A stretch of DNA of 64,000 nt from Spirochaetia bacterium (lineage in GTDB: Bacteria > Spirochaetota > Spirochaetia > DSM-27196 > Salinispiraceae), in NCBI GenBank assembly GCA_038204425.1, contig JBBRCZ010000009.1:1-64000 (forward strand). The letters are read 5' to 3'. The position numbers and the translations under genes were made by a program. Shown here piece by piece: positions 38,143 through 48,555 of this stretch. The notes beneath the pieces were generated by a model that worked only from the letters and a program-made list of their open reading frames with translations, searched no databases and was not told the DNA's origin. Positions within the stretch are counted from its first letter, which is position 1; every line of letters starts with the position of its first letter.

Positions 38143-39138
38143 ATGCCTATGGATTTAAGAGTTAAACTATCAATCATGGTATCTTGCCTATTTTTGGCGT
38201 TGTTTGGCTTTGGTGTGCAAGGCCTAAGTGCACTCGACCAAGCAGAAGCAGTCACCGAGTTCAAGGAAATTTGGGCCTACGTCGTAAATACCGACCCCAA
38301 TGCCTACGATCCCAAACTTCCTATCACCGATCTGGCGTACTTTTGTGTTGGGCTCAATTCGCGAGCCAAGTTGGGTAGTTTGCCGGATTTTTCCGCAGTC
38401 AAACAAAGCAAGGTTCGTCGTCACTTGGTAATTGCAGAAACTGGCAACTATAGTGTTATTCATTTTGCTTTGTCGCCCGAGTTTCCGATGCGTTCACAAC
38501 TTCTGGATGATTTGGAAAAGGCAGCTTTGCTATTTGACGGCATCCAAATCGATTTTGAAACCGTACTGAGAGCTGATAAAGAAATTTTTTTGAGTTTTCT
38601 CCAAGATCTTAAAAGGCGTTTGCCAAATAAAATAGTTTCCGTAGCTTTGCCAGCTAGGCAATCAAAAACTGATGAGTTTTTTGACTATAGCCAAATAGCA
38701 CAAGTGGTCGACCGAATCATAGTTATGGCTTATGACCAACACTGGTCTGGCAGTAGTCCTGGCCCAATTGCATCACTGGATTGGGGTGCTAAAGTGGCCG
38801 AGTTTACCATAAAAAGCATAGGTCTAAACAAAGCCGTAATGGGTGTACCTTTTTACGGAAGGGTTTGGGCTGATCAATCTTTGGCAAAAGCCTACGGTTT
38901 TGCCAAATTGAGTGAACTTGTTGGGCGCTTTAAGGCGATTGTGCGCCAAGATGTAAACGGTGTCCCCAGCTTCACTTTTAGTGAAACTATCCGCTATACA
39001 GCCTATTTTGAAGATAAAAAGTCGCTGCAACTTAAAATGCTTCTTTACAAACAAATGAGATTTTCCATGGTTGGCTTTTGGCGACTTGGACTGGAAGATA
39101 CATCATTCTGGCAACTAGTAAAGACTCCAACACAGTAG
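38143..39138 (+). CDS. Glycoside hydrolase family 18 protein (YaaH/chitinase-like)
   Basis: Signal peptide, FDGIQIDFE, SVALPAR, IVMAYDQHW.GS.PGPIASLDW, MGVPFYGRVW, FWRLGLED. Confidence 0.9.
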   Translation: MPMDLRVKLSIMVSCLFLALFGFGVQGLSALDQAEAVTEFKEIWAYVVNTDPNAYDPKLPITDLAYFCVGLNSRAKLGSLPDFSAVKQSKVRRHLVIAETGNYSVIHFALSPEFPMRSQLLDDLEKAALLFDGIQIDFETVLRADKEIFLSFLQDLKRRLPNKIVSVALPARQSKTDEFFDYSQIAQVVDRIIVMAYDQHWSGSSPGPIASLDWGAKVAEFTIKSIGLNKAVMGVPFYGRVWADQSLAKAYGFAKLSELVGRFKAIVRQDVNGVPSFTFSETIRYTAYFEDKKSLQLKMLLYKQMRFSMVGFWRLGLEDTSFWQLVKTPTQ

Positions 39139-39240
39139 CCGGACTGTGTTGGCTGCTGCGGCCCTGCGTTGCAAATTTAAGTCGAACAAGCGCACGCGAT
39201 TTTCTGCGTCTATTCTGAAAACGGCACCCGCGTCGTCTCA

Positions 39241-39498
39241 TCAGGATTCCTGCTCACGCTTGCCCGGATTGTCGGCGACCACGATCAAAGAAATATGGTC
39301 GCCTTGCCTGACTTCGTCGAACGCACGGTTATAGACAATAGGCGTCTCGATGGCGTACTCGCTCTTACCAAGGTCGGTGGCGAGCGCACGTTGCGCTTCT
39401 GCAAGCCATGGAAGAGCTGCCGTCCACGCAGCCACGCGGGCCTTAAATTCACAACGTATCAGTGAGAATCGTTCGAACGAAGTCTGCTTCGCTGCCAC
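39241..39498 (-). pseudogene. N-terminal fragment of a conserved hypothetical (UDG-like fold?) protein
   Basis: ETPIVYNRAFDEV...LIVVADNPGKREQ followed by tandem TGA stops; resembles a spirochaete hypothetical family from memory only. Confidence 0.4.
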
Positions 39499-39511
39499 GA
39501 CTAGCTTGGTA

Positions 39512-39985
39512 CTATTTCCAAGCGTCTACATGTTTCAAAAATTCCAAAGCTATCGAGTTTGAACTATTGGGCCGATTTCCTCTAAGGTTCCATGAAAATA
39601 TAGCCATAGGATTGTCCTTGCCATCATGAATAATAATGTCTACTGATTTTAGAATAACGCGTAGGGCCCAAGTACTAAAAGCAGCAGTTACGCTGTACTC
39701 AATTGATTGAAAAACTTCTTGGTTTAAAGTCGATTTTTCGGCGTGAGGTACTCTGGTTACCTTGTATCCCCCCCTAGTGATCAGTTCCTTGTATAGATCT
39801 TGTCCTATTCCTCTATCACCTTCTTTTTAGTATAGATGAACTGGCTGCGACTTATCCAAGCCAATCTCTGACTTAGTTTGAAATTCAATTGAATTGTTAC
39901 CCGTCGACGCGCAGTTGAGCAAACTGAATACCATATACAAAACCGAGACGATGATTGCTCCACTTTTGGTTGGTCTTTTAGTCAT
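39512..39985 (-). pseudogene. Lipoprotein gene interrupted by a single in-frame TAA
   Basis: MTKRPTK...SLLNC lipobox; TAA at 39827-39829, then 104 further sense codons to TAG 39512. Confidence 0.7.
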
Positions 39986-40151
39986 TAATTTCTTCTTTTT
40001 CCTCAAATTAAACCATCCGGGGCAATACAACCCTTTGCCCATAAAGAATAGCACGAAATCATGCTAATGCATAAATATAGAAAGTGCAAGTTGTGGCAAG
40101 TTCAAAACAAAAATTCCGTTTTGCGCCATAGATTGCACTTGCAAACAGTTA

Positions 40152-41378
40152 CTATCCCCATCGTTTAAGAATTATTGAAGTATTGATTCCGCCAAAAGCA
40201 AAATTATTACACATAGCATACTCGGTATCCAAAGTGTAGCCTTTGCCCGTTAGGTAGTCCAAATCACCGCACGCCGGATCGAGATTGTTAAGGTTGAGGT
40301 TGGGTGCAAACCACTTTTGCTTCATCATGTTGATGGTAAACCAAGTTTCTAAGGCGCCACAGGCACCAAGCGTGTGACCAATATAACTTTTTTGGCTACT
40401 GATAGGTACTCTACGACTAAAACATGCACGAGTTGCTTGGGTTTCGGCAACGTCACCATGGGTAGTTGCCGTTCCATGTGCATTAACATAACCGATGGCA
40501 TCAGGCGAAAGCTGCGCACTTTGTAGAGCCAATTCCATGGATATTTGCATGGTAGCCTTGTTGGGTTGAGTAACATGACTACCGTCAGTATTGGTACCAA
40601 ATCCGACGATTTCCATAAGAATAGTTGCACCGCGGGCTTTGGCATGTTGGAGTTCTTCCAGTATCAGCGTACCCGCGCCTTCACCAATTACCAAACCGTC
40701 CCGGTCCCGATCAAAAGCGGCAGGGCTTAGCTTGGGGCTGTCATTTTTGGTGCTGGTGGCAAATAAGGTATCAAAAACAGCTGCCCCAGTAACGTTGAGT
40801 TCTTCTGCTCCACCGCAAATCATCACATCTTGCTGACCATTCGCAATGGCTTCGTAGCCAAGGCCAATCGACAAACTGCCGGCAGTACATGCTGTATTTG
40901 TGGTAAGTAGGCGACCAGTTAAACCAAAAAAGATCCCAATATTGACCGCGCACGTTTGTGGCATTGAGCGAATATAGGTCGTAGCATTAAGCCCCTTGGA
41001 CTCAGTATTGTTTAAGACCGAGAAAAACTCCATACTGGCATCTACACTGCCGGCTGATGAACCATAAGCAATCCCATGGCGACCTTTGGTAATGACCGGA
41101 TCATCCGCCAAGCCTGACATCTGTAGCGCCATATCGGCGCTATTTACAGCCATCAAGGCAACTCGTCCCATTCCTCTTATTTTTTTTCGTGGATAATTTG
41201 GCTCATTCCAATTGCTTATTGGGGCACCCAGTCTAGTGTTTACTTTTGGGTACTTTTCCCATTCTTTCATCGTGACTACTTTATTCTCGCAGGTGCGCAA
41301 TGAAAGTTCGGTTTCTGTCCAATCGATGCCTAATGCGCTAATCCCAGCACCACCAGTTATCACTACTCTTCGCTTCAT
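40152..41378 (-). CDS. apeR: Beta-ketoacyl-ACP synthase (aryl polyene KS)
   Basis: TACTAGS, DRDRDGLVIGEGAG, NAHGTAT, KSYIGHTLGACG, NNFAFGGINT; RGMGRVA..A and NATTYIRSM typical of ape KS. Confidence 0.9.
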   Translation of the reverse strand: MKRRVVITGGAGISALGIDWTETELSLRTCENKVVTMKEWEKYPKVNTRLGAPISNWNEPNYPRKKIRGMGRVALMAVNSADMALQMSGLADDPVITKGRHGIAYGSSAGSVDASMEFFSVLNNTESKGLNATTYIRSMPQTCAVNIGIFFGLTGRLLTTNTACTAGSLSIGLGYEAIANGQQDVMICGGAEELNVTGAAVFDTLFATSTKNDSPKLSPAAFDRDRDGLVIGEGAGTLILEELQHAKARGATILMEIVGFGTNTDGSHVTQPNKATMQISMELALQSAQLSPDAIGYVNAHGTATTHGDVAETQATRACFSRRVPISSQKSYIGHTLGACGALETWFTINMMKQKWFAPNLNLNNLDPACGDLDYLTGKGYTLDTEYAMCNNFAFGGINTSIILKRWG

Positions 41379-42109
41379 ATCAAACCTCCATTTACTGCAA
41401 TTACTTGTCTGGTGATATAAGCGGCTGATGCGGAAAGCAAAAAAATCGCTAGACCGGCTACTTCATCAGGCTTACCAAAACGTCGTAGGGGAATAGAGGG
41501 TAGAATTTGATCTTCGGGTACTTCACCGATCATGTCTGTTTCAATGACACCTGGTGCAATGCAATTTGCGGTTATATTACGTTTGCCCATTTCGACTGCT
41601 AAAGCCTTGGTTGCTCCAATAATACCGGCCTTTGCGGCACTATAGTTAACTTGACCCCGATTGCCAATCATCCCAGAAACTGACGACAAAGTAATTATTC
41701 TGCCTGGTTTGCGGGTCTGAACCATCGGCATGATAAGTGGATGAAGCACGTTGTAAAATCCATCCAGATTGGTATGAATAACCTTATCCCATTGTTCGTC
41801 CGTGATAGAAGGAAAAGCATTGTCAGCTGCTATACCAGCATTACAAATGACGCCATAATAGACGCCGTGATTCTCTATATCATTTAGTAAATTAACGCGA
41901 CATTCTTGTCGATTTGAAATATCAAAAGAAAGCAGGTGAGCCTTTACTCCCAATTTGATTGCTTGATCAACGACTGCCTGTGCACCTGGTTGGTCTTTAT
42001 TATAGTGGACCGTGAGGTCATATCCGGCAGCAGCAGCAGCAAGTGCAATTGCTTTTCCAATTCCCTTGCTTGCGCCGGTTACTATGACCGACTTATTGTT
42101 TGAACTCAT
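41375..42109 (-). CDS. apeQ: 3-oxoacyl-ACP reductase (FabG-like)
   Basis: TGASKGIG, NAGIAADNAFP, GNRGQVNYSAAK, YITRQVIAVNGG. Confidence 0.9.
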   Translation of the reverse strand: MSSNNKSVIVTGASKGIGKAIALAAAAAGYDLTVHYNKDQPGAQAVVDQAIKLGVKAHLLSFDISNRQECRVNLLNDIENHGVYYGVICNAGIAADNAFPSITDEQWDKVIHTNLDGFYNVLHPLIMPMVQTRKPGRIITLSSVSGMIGNRGQVNYSAAKAGIIGATKALAVEMGKRNITANCIAPGVIETDMIGEVPEDQILPSIPLRRFGKPDEVAGLAIFLLSASAAYITRQVIAVNGGLI

Positions 42110-42115
42110 GTTGTT

Positions 42116-42592
42116 CTACTCCTTATTTTTGAGAAAGCTTTCGTCCACTTCAATCGCATTAATAATGGCATCTGCTATTGGAAATTGATTGTCTTGGTAG
42201 ATTTTACCTTCAAAAGAAACAACGTCCTTGTCTCTAAAAATCTGCAAAACCTCGCAAAATGTGCGACCCTTGGTTAAAAGTGGCTTAGCACAGGAAAAAT
42301 CACGAACAGCCATTATCATGCCCAAACGCGGTCGACCGTTTCTTGTGGAATGGTTAAGTAGTCCAGACAAAGCAGCGATACTCTGCGCCATATATTCAAA
42401 ACCAAAATAAGCGGGGATTCCCTGACGTTCATCGTCCCAAAACATAGAGTGACTATCAATATCGATGAAGGAAGTCAGACTCATGACTTCCGTAGAGTAT
42501 TTTATAAGACCGTCAAGTATAAACATACGAGAAGTATGGGGTACAAAACTTTTGAGTTGTTCTTTAGTTAGAATAATAGCTTGGGTATTCAT
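42116..42592 (-). CDS. apeP: Hotdog-fold dehydratase subunit
   Basis: VPH..RMFILD, PAYFGFEYMAQSIAA, PRLGMIM. Confidence 0.85.
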   Translation of the reverse strand: MNTQAIILTKEQLKSFVPHTSRMFILDGLIKYSTEVMSLTSFIDIDSHSMFWDDERQGIPAYFGFEYMAQSIAALSGLLNHSTRNGRPRLGMIMAVRDFSCAKPLLTKGRTFCEVLQIFRDKDVVSFEGKIYQDNQFPIADAIINAIEVDESFLKNKE

Positions 42593-42593
42593 A

Positions 42594-43766
42594 CTAAGGA
42601 TTTATCCTTTCAACTATCAAACTGACATTGCTACCACCAAATGCAAATGAATTGCTCATACAGGACCTCAGGCGCGGTAGACTAAGGCCAGCCTTGGTAA
42701 ACGGCAAATATGGTTGGTTTTCGTTTGCTTGTCCATCCCAAAGGTGAATCGGCAAAAGCATGTTTGGATTTAGCTGCGAAAGCAACAACCAGCAAAAGGC
42801 CAGCTCGGTGGCACCGGCGGCACCTAAGGTGTGGCCAGTCAATGACTTACTGGAGCTGCATGCGACATCATTGCCAAAAACGGCCGCGGTACCTATTGCT
42901 TCCATATTGTCATTGAGCTGGGTTCCCGTGCCATGCAAATTGATGTAATCGATGTCCTCAGTTTGTTTTTTTGCCTGGGACAACGCAGAGCGCATGGCTT
43001 GAATCGCTCCATGTCCATCTGGGGCCGGAGCTGTCATATGGTAGGCATCTGCGCTCTCACCGATGCCTGTGATTGCAATTGCTTGTCCAGAAAAATCTTC
43101 CCGTGCAACTACAAACAGTGCAGCGGCTTCCCCTAGGTTGGTCCCTTGGCGATTTTTGCTAAAAGGCATACAAGGATTTCGATCAATTGCCTCCAATGCA
43201 AGAAAGCCTTTCAGTACCGATTCTGAAACAATATCTACGCCACCAACTATAACTGCATCACACGTTCCTAGCCTTAGCATACGTTGAGCGAGTCCAAAAG
43301 CACTGGCGCTCGAAGTGCAAGCTGTAGAAATACTCCAAGAAAAACAAGAAAGCTTAAAGTATGAACTTACTAGGATTGCCGGATAGTGGGCTCGTTGTTG
43401 CAGTAAGTCGTAGTCTGGCGGAAAGCTGCTATTTTTAAGCCTATATTCGAGCGCCTCACGAGATTGTTCAGAGCCATTATCGGTTGAGCCAATGATAACT
43501 GCTATTCTGTTTGCTCCATAGAGTGAACGAAGCTTTTCTACACTTGCTCGAATTTGCGAGCAGGAATCTTCCAACAAGGCTTTTATCCGATTGGGGGCAT
43601 TTTTAATAGAGGGAACCCTAGCGATGTAAAAAAATCCATCGTCAGTCGTTTCTTTGCAAAGCCCTCGTCTGTCTGACGCTAACAAACCGTCAAAAACCTG
43701 CGTGCATCCCGAACCCATACAGTTGACGATCCCAAGATCGGACAAGTAATATTGATCGTTATTCAT
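42594..43766 (-). CDS. apeO: Beta-ketoacyl-ACP synthase
   Basis: STACTSSA, PFSKNRQGTNLGEAAA, DAYHMTAP, NLHGTGT, GHTLGAAG, SNSFAFGGSN. Confidence 0.9.
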   Translation of the reverse strand: MNNDQYYLSDLGIVNCMGSGCTQVFDGLLASDRRGLCKETTDDGFFYIARVPSIKNAPNRIKALLEDSCSQIRASVEKLRSLYGANRIAVIIGSTDNGSEQSREALEYRLKNSSFPPDYDLLQQRAHYPAILVSSYFKLSCFSWSISTACTSSASAFGLAQRMLRLGTCDAVIVGGVDIVSESVLKGFLALEAIDRNPCMPFSKNRQGTNLGEAAALFVVAREDFSGQAIAITGIGESADAYHMTAPAPDGHGAIQAMRSALSQAKKQTEDIDYINLHGTGTQLNDNMEAIGTAAVFGNDVACSSSKSLTGHTLGAAGATELAFCWLLLSQLNPNMLLPIHLWDGQANENQPYLPFTKAGLSLPRLRSCMSNSFAFGGSNVSLIVERINP

Positions 43767-44400
43767 TTACTTGAGATTCTCTGATGGTATAACCATATCC
43801 GCGCAATTTGTTTTCCAGTTTCTTCAGTTGTGGGCCTAATTCCAGCTCACATATCAGAAGCGTTCCAAAAAATATCTGGCGATATTCAATGCCGTATTTT
43901 TTCTGTGATTGAACGGTGTAGCCATGTGAGTGCAACAAATCATTGAGAGTCTGTGCTGGATAGTACAACAACTGAAAATCAAAAATCAAATAGGCAGGGT
44001 TCAAAGATCCCAGTGGTATGGCTGAATCAAACTCTATTTTTCCATCGTAGGCATAGTACAAATCGTAGGCTCGATTTCCCATGCTGGTAAAAGCGTTGAT
44101 GGAAAGTCCAGACTGATCGGAATCTACCATGGCTTGCAAATAGTAGGTTTGATCACCGTGATGCCCCTCAATTAGTTGCAAAATTTCTATTTTTTGCCCC
44201 ATAGCCGAGCTTGGCAAAATACCTAGAGGATGTTTGTCTTCAAAAAAAACTAGATCAGCCGAAGAGTATGTTTTTGTGACGCAACTACACAAAATACCTG
44301 TGAAAAAAAGAGAAGTCAGCATCAGAATCAATGTGGTTAGAATCTTTGATTTTGCGTTTTGGTGAAACCGTGTCTTCCATGGTTGAGTAGTTTTTTGCAT
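43759..44400 (-). CDS. apeN: DUF3261 family lipoprotein
   Basis: Lipobox LCSC, NPAYLIFDFQLLYYP, GYGYTI; syntenic position before the KS; start uncertain. Confidence 0.75.
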   Translation of the reverse strand: MQKTTQPWKTRFHQNAKSKILTTLILMLTSLFFTGILCSCVTKTYSSADLVFFEDKHPLGILPSSAMGQKIEILQLIEGHHGDQTYYLQAMVDSDQSGLSINAFTSMGNRAYDLYYAYDGKIEFDSAIPLGSLNPAYLIFDFQLLYYPAQTLNDLLHSHGYTVQSQKKYGIEYRQIFFGTLLICELELGPQLKKLENKLRGYGYTIRESQVNE

Positions 44401-44438
44401 TGTTTTATGGTGGTATAAAATGTTAGACATAACGTAAT

Positions 44439-45137
44439 ATGTACCTTGGTTTTTTTGATTGTTCAAGTAGCGAGCCTGTTGATCTTCTCGACCTAGCAGA
44501 ACAAGCCAGATTCGTCGGCATGAACCACTCTCGTGCTCTTGACTTTATGGCTGGGCGTTATGTTGCAAAAACAATGGCCAGTCACTTGTTTCAAGTTCCT
44601 GCCAATCACGTAGAGATACATGTTTCAGAAAACGGAAAGCCATATTTTAGCGATTTTAAGGACTGGACAGTTTCTATAGCCCATCATTCAAAAAAGGTGA
44701 TCTGCTCAATTGCACGCCTAGCAAGTGGAGTTGATGTCCAAAGCCATCGAAGTAAGCGTGATATTGGGTCTATCTCCGCTCTATCCTTTTTGGACTCAGA
44801 GTGCTTGTCTGTGCAGCTCAGCAAGGATCCAGTAGCCAGTTTTTATGCTCATTGGGTTATAAAAGAAGCTATGCTTAAGGGAGAAGGCAGCTCGGTTTGG
44901 AGCATGTCCGAGTTGCCAGCAATTGTTTTTGAAGCGCCTGATCATTCTAACGTCAAAGCGCCAATCGGAGTGGTTTGGGAGCTGCTTGATTTGCCAATGG
45001 GCTGTTTTATTGGCTTATCTAGTCGACAAGGCATTAACATTGAGAGCTTACAATGGGATGAGCAGTTTAATCTGCCTGCAGCATCGAAACAGTGGGCGTT
45101 GGCTTATCTTGCTCCCCAATTAGCGGTGCCAGAATGA
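44439..45137 (+). CDS. 4'-phosphopantetheinyl transferase (Sfp-like)
   Basis: NGKPYF, VSIAH, GVDVQ, FY.HWVIKEAMLKGEG. Confidence 0.88.
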   Translation: MYLGFFDCSSSEPVDLLDLAEQARFVGMNHSRALDFMAGRYVAKTMASHLFQVPANHVEIHVSENGKPYFSDFKDWTVSIAHHSKKVICSIARLASGVDVQSHRSKRDIGSISALSFLDSECLSVQLSKDPVASFYAHWVIKEAMLKGEGSSVWSMSELPAIVFEAPDHSNVKAPIGVVWELLDLPMGCFIGLSSRQGINIESLQWDEQFNLPAASKQWALAYLAPQLAVPE

Positions 45138-47514
45138 AAGAGATGGCTACCCCAAGTCCGACGGTTACTCCAAAAGTTGCCGCAAATTGACTAAAAGCCA
45201 GTAGACCAAAAGAAAACACGTTTGTTAGCATCGACAGTGTTATGGACAATATAGTGGTATGCAAGCGCTCCCGTCCTTCACGGTAAAAAATGGCATAGTC
45301 TATTCCTGTACCAGGAACCATGATTAAACCCATAACTACAAATAGGTTAAACGGCAGACCACTTATCCCAAGTACCGCCACAGTTATTACGCTTGCTAAA
45401 ACAGGCACCAAGGCAATCCGAACGGAAGCTTGCCATGGGTAAATAAACAAAAGTCCAACAAAAATCACTAGGTATGAGGTGATCAAGATCAGGATGGCTA
45501 AGGAAGATAAGCTTGCTAACGTGTCATTGACCGAGTCGATTTTATTTACAAAGTATATACCCGACCCCGCATCGTTTATGGTTGATAAGGCGAGCTTGTC
45601 TTTTACTCCAAAAAGTACAACCGCATTGTACCAACTGCCGTCATCCATATAGCCAACCTTAATTGATTTTAAGAGACGCCCAAAAATTGTGTCACTGAGA
45701 ATTTGGTGACTGAGCAGGCGCGTGGACTGTGCTTTATAATCGGCCGATAGAGAGTTGATTGATTTCTCTTGAAAGCCCAGAGTTAGCAGTTGTTCTTTGC
45801 TTGCTGGAATCAAGACTGTTCCCGCCAAGGTATAATTTTGCTTTTGTCGCGCCTCGGAAGGTAAAAAACGTGAGGCGGCCAAAAAAGAGCTTAAAACTCC
45901 CGAATTTTTGAGCGTTTCTAACTTTTTTGTTAAGGCTTCCTCTTTTTGCAGAACTTCTTCTTGCGACGTTCCCTGGATTATAAAATAACTGCCCGATGGA
46001 CTTAGTCCCGTTATTTTTGAACTAAGTGATTCGTCCTGGGCAAGTTGGGCAGGCATCACATAAAAGGAACGTACATTGTTGTCTACGCGCAAGAGCAGGA
46101 AGCCGCTCACCACGAAAGCCAGAGTCAAAAGTACTACAATAATCACTACAGGGCGGTTTAAGCCGCGAAGACGTTCGTTGAATCTCAGAAGCCAGCTTGA
46201 AAAGACTCTTCTGTGAGGCTTCAACTTGGCACGAGAAGGGGGGATGAGCGGGTATATAAAAATAACTGCCAAATAGGAACTCAGGAGTCCACACATGGAA
46301 AAAACAGCAATCTGTTGTAGAAGTGGAAAAGGAGCAAGGGTGAAAGCGAAGTAACTAACCAAGGTGGTGATTAAGCCCAAGGTAATACCTTTAAATATTT
46401 TGGAAATAATCCTGTCACCTCGGCGACCATTCTCAGGATCAAACCATTCAGAGAAGTAGTGTAGAGAATACTCAATACTGATCCCTATGAGGCTCGTTCC
46501 AAATACGATAGTAAACAGATGTACATCTTTAAATACCAAAAGCGTGCAGGCCATGCCAACCGCTATGCCAATACTCATTGTAATTAGACTGGATAGCAGC
46601 GGAATAACCGAGCGGAAGCAAATGATCAATAGTAAAATGCTTAAAATAAAGGAGATAGTACTTATGGTGGCTATTTCTGATTGGGTTTTCACTGAACTTG
46701 CATAAGAATGAAACGGGACTCCTGAGCAGACAAAACTCGTATTTGGTATTTGGCTTGTGATTGTTTTGATTTCGGCTTGGATTTTTGTAACTAAATTACC
46801 TTCGGTTTCGGTTATAAAACCTGATTCCGAAGCGCTTATATCCAACATCACATACCAGTTACCTTCATAGTTGGCAGCCAAAACGCCATCTCTTACCGAA
46901 AGACTGCCGCTACCCAGTAGTCCAGATTGAATATGGGCCCGTAACGAACGGTAGCCCAATAACCAAGGATCTTGTTCGAGATAATCAAGACTTCCCAAAT
47001 TAACCGGTGCGGAAATTGCTTGCCACACATCGGCGGACAACGATTCAATGTTGCCATCTTTAAGAAGTTCTAAGCTGTCTTTTGACAGGGTTTGATATCG
47101 ATAGTCAAAAAGTAGCTTATTTACTTCAGGTAAGGTCTCGGTTTTGATATCAAAACGGACTTGTTCTATTCGCTTGTCGGTTCGGATACTTTGATACAGT
47201 TTTTCGGTTGCTTGCCGTGCCAAAGAAAAATCCGGATTGCGAGCAAAAATGATCATGGTGTTTGAGGCTCGTTCGGCAAGTTTTTTTTCGACTTTAGCAA
47301 TTGATGCTTGGCTATCTGAGCTTGGCAAAACGGCCCACAAATCGGCGCTTATGTTGGCGAGCGGGCCTCTAAAAAAGAGTAATGCCACTAGCGCATGAAG
47401 GATCAAAAAAACTATCGGCCCGCCAATGCGAATCAGTTTTTTAGACCAAAATGGTTTTTTCACCTGCAAAGGAGAGGGGGAGGTATTATTGAGCAAAGAA
47501 CTTTTCTTCTTCAA
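45067..47514 (-). CDS. apeM: MMPL/RND-like exporter
   Basis: SGVPFH, VFGTSLIGISIEYSLHY, FPLLQQIAVFS, GTGIDYAIF; two TM bundles. Confidence 0.88.
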   Translation of the reverse strand: MKKKSSLLNNTSPSPLQVKKPFWSKKLIRIGGPIVFLILHALVALLFFRGPLANISADLWAVLPSSDSQASIAKVEKKLAERASNTMIIFARNPDFSLARQATEKLYQSIRTDKRIEQVRFDIKTETLPEVNKLLFDYRYQTLSKDSLELLKDGNIESLSADVWQAISAPVNLGSLDYLEQDPWLLGYRSLRAHIQSGLLGSGSLSVRDGVLAANYEGNWYVMLDISASESGFITETEGNLVTKIQAEIKTITSQIPNTSFVCSGVPFHSYASSVKTQSEIATISTISFILSILLLIICFRSVIPLLSSLITMSIGIAVGMACTLLVFKDVHLFTIVFGTSLIGISIEYSLHYFSEWFDPENGRRGDRIISKIFKGITLGLITTLVSYFAFTLAPFPLLQQIAVFSMCGLLSSYLAVIFIYPLIPPSRAKLKPHRRVFSSWLLRFNERLRGLNRPVVIIVVLLTLAFVVSGFLLLRVDNNVRSFYVMPAQLAQDESLSSKITGLSPSGSYFIIQGTSQEEVLQKEEALTKKLETLKNSGVLSSFLAASRFLPSEARQKQNYTLAGTVLIPASKEQLLTLGFQEKSINSLSADYKAQSTRLLSHQILSDTIFGRLLKSIKVGYMDDGSWYNAVVLFGVKDKLALSTINDAGSGIYFVNKIDSVNDTLASLSSLAILILITSYLVIFVGLLFIYPWQASVRIALVPVLASVITVAVLGISGLPFNLFVVMGLIMVPGTGIDYAIFYREGRERLHTTILSITLSMLTNVFSFGLLAFSQFAATFGVTVGLGVAISFILAPLIGEQDKPTPTVSMLQAD

Positions 47515-48124
47515 GACTCAACCTTTCTGGAAAAAAGGTATCACTAAACACATAGTCAACCGAATCGCCGGTACTTTCTACAATTCTAAAACTTTCGATA
47601 AATTGTCTACCTCTAATAAACATGGTCGCAATGATTGACCTAAAACTTTTGTCTCTAGGCTCCAGTTTGAGATACCAATTTCCATCAACGCTGGTAAAAC
47701 TGATAACAAACTCGACCTCAACCAGACCAGTGTCACCTTTGAATACTGCCTGAATAGTATGGGAAAACCGCTTGAATACTTCATTGCCTCCCATAACGCT
47801 TTCGCGACCGTCCGGAGTACGTTGTACCATGCGATCGTTAGCCATTAACAAAACCGAAGCAAATGGGGTTTTTATGTTCCATAAAAGGCCATCTTTGGCA
47901 GAAAAGATAAAATTACCTTTTGAAACAAAAGATCTACCAAGCCGAGTTAGTTTTTTAGTTTGAGTAAAGGTACCTTTGGCAATGGGATGAGTACCAATTG
48001 TTTTAAATATTTCTACAATGGTGCTTCGATTTCCTGGTCCAAGCGGCATATATTGTCGATTGAATTCTTGTTGTGCAGCTACTGAAAGTATGGGCACAAA
48101 CAACAGTAAAAAGACTAGACGCAT
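47486..48124 (-). CDS. apeL: LolA-like lipoprotein carrier
   Basis: Signal peptide, GTFTQTKKL......VSKGNF.....GLLW....PF, W.LKLEP, ESTGD. Confidence 0.85.
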   Translation of the reverse strand: MRLVFLLLFVPILSVAAQQEFNRQYMPLGPGNRSTIVEIFKTIGTHPIAKGTFTQTKKLTRLGRSFVSKGNFIFSAKDGLLWNIKTPFASVLLMANDRMVQRTPDGRESVMGGNEVFKRFSHTIQAVFKGDTGLVEVEFVISFTSVDGNWYLKLEPRDKSFRSIIATMFIRGRQFIESFRIVESTGDSVDYVFSDTFFPERLSLEEEKFFAQ

Positions 48125-48555
48125 GTTTTTTCCAAGGCAAGGTAAGCTTTGACTTTGTCCTGAAAGCAAGCAGGAGTTACTAATTGACTGTTGCCACTTT
48201 CAATTTCAACGGCCATCTGAATACTTTCAGCTTTATTTATGATGGTGCCTGTCCATGGATCAAACATGCGGTAGGTTAGCCTAATTCGATTTTCGTATTC
48301 AATCAAACTGGCGCGAATTCTTACTGTCTGGCCCAAACTTAAAGGACGAATGTACTTCAATTGAAGGCTAACAACTGGCCAAGCATAGCCTGAGCTTACC
48401 ATTTCCTGATAGCTATAGTGAACCAAATCAAGCAATGCGCATCGGGCTTGTTCCATATATTTTATGTAGTTACCATGCCATACAATCTGCATTGGATCCA
48501 AGTCATAGAATTCGACTTTAACATCAAGCTCAGTTTGAATTATTGGCGCGTTCAC
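48115..48555 (-). CDS. apeK: Acyl-CoA thioesterase (4HBT family)
   Basis: VEFYDLDPMQIVWHGNYIKYMEQAR, WPVV, EYENR; GTG start with GGAGG. Confidence 0.9.
   Translation of the reverse strand: MNAPIIQTELDVKVEFYDLDPMQIVWHGNYIKYMEQARCALLDLVHYSYQEMVSSGYAWPVVSLQLKYIRPLSLGQTVRIRASLIEYENRIRLTYRMFDPWTGTIINKAESIQMAVEIESGNSQLVTPACFQDKVKAYLALEKTCV

Noticed and set aside
10599..39829. Stop-codon reassignment (in-frame TAA at 10599, 26765, 27926, 30416, 35225, 39827; TAG at 32549)
   Set aside because: TAA and TAG end many intact conserved genes here at the expected position, the replaced residues appear to differ between cases, and most cases co-occur with frameshifts or deletions; nonsense mutation is simpler.
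40152..43766. Primary fatty-acid synthesis fab operon
   Set aside because: The CLF, tandem ACPs, MMPL, LolA, GT and methyltransferase context identifies a specialised aryl polyene pathway; there are no plsX/fabD/fabH genes.
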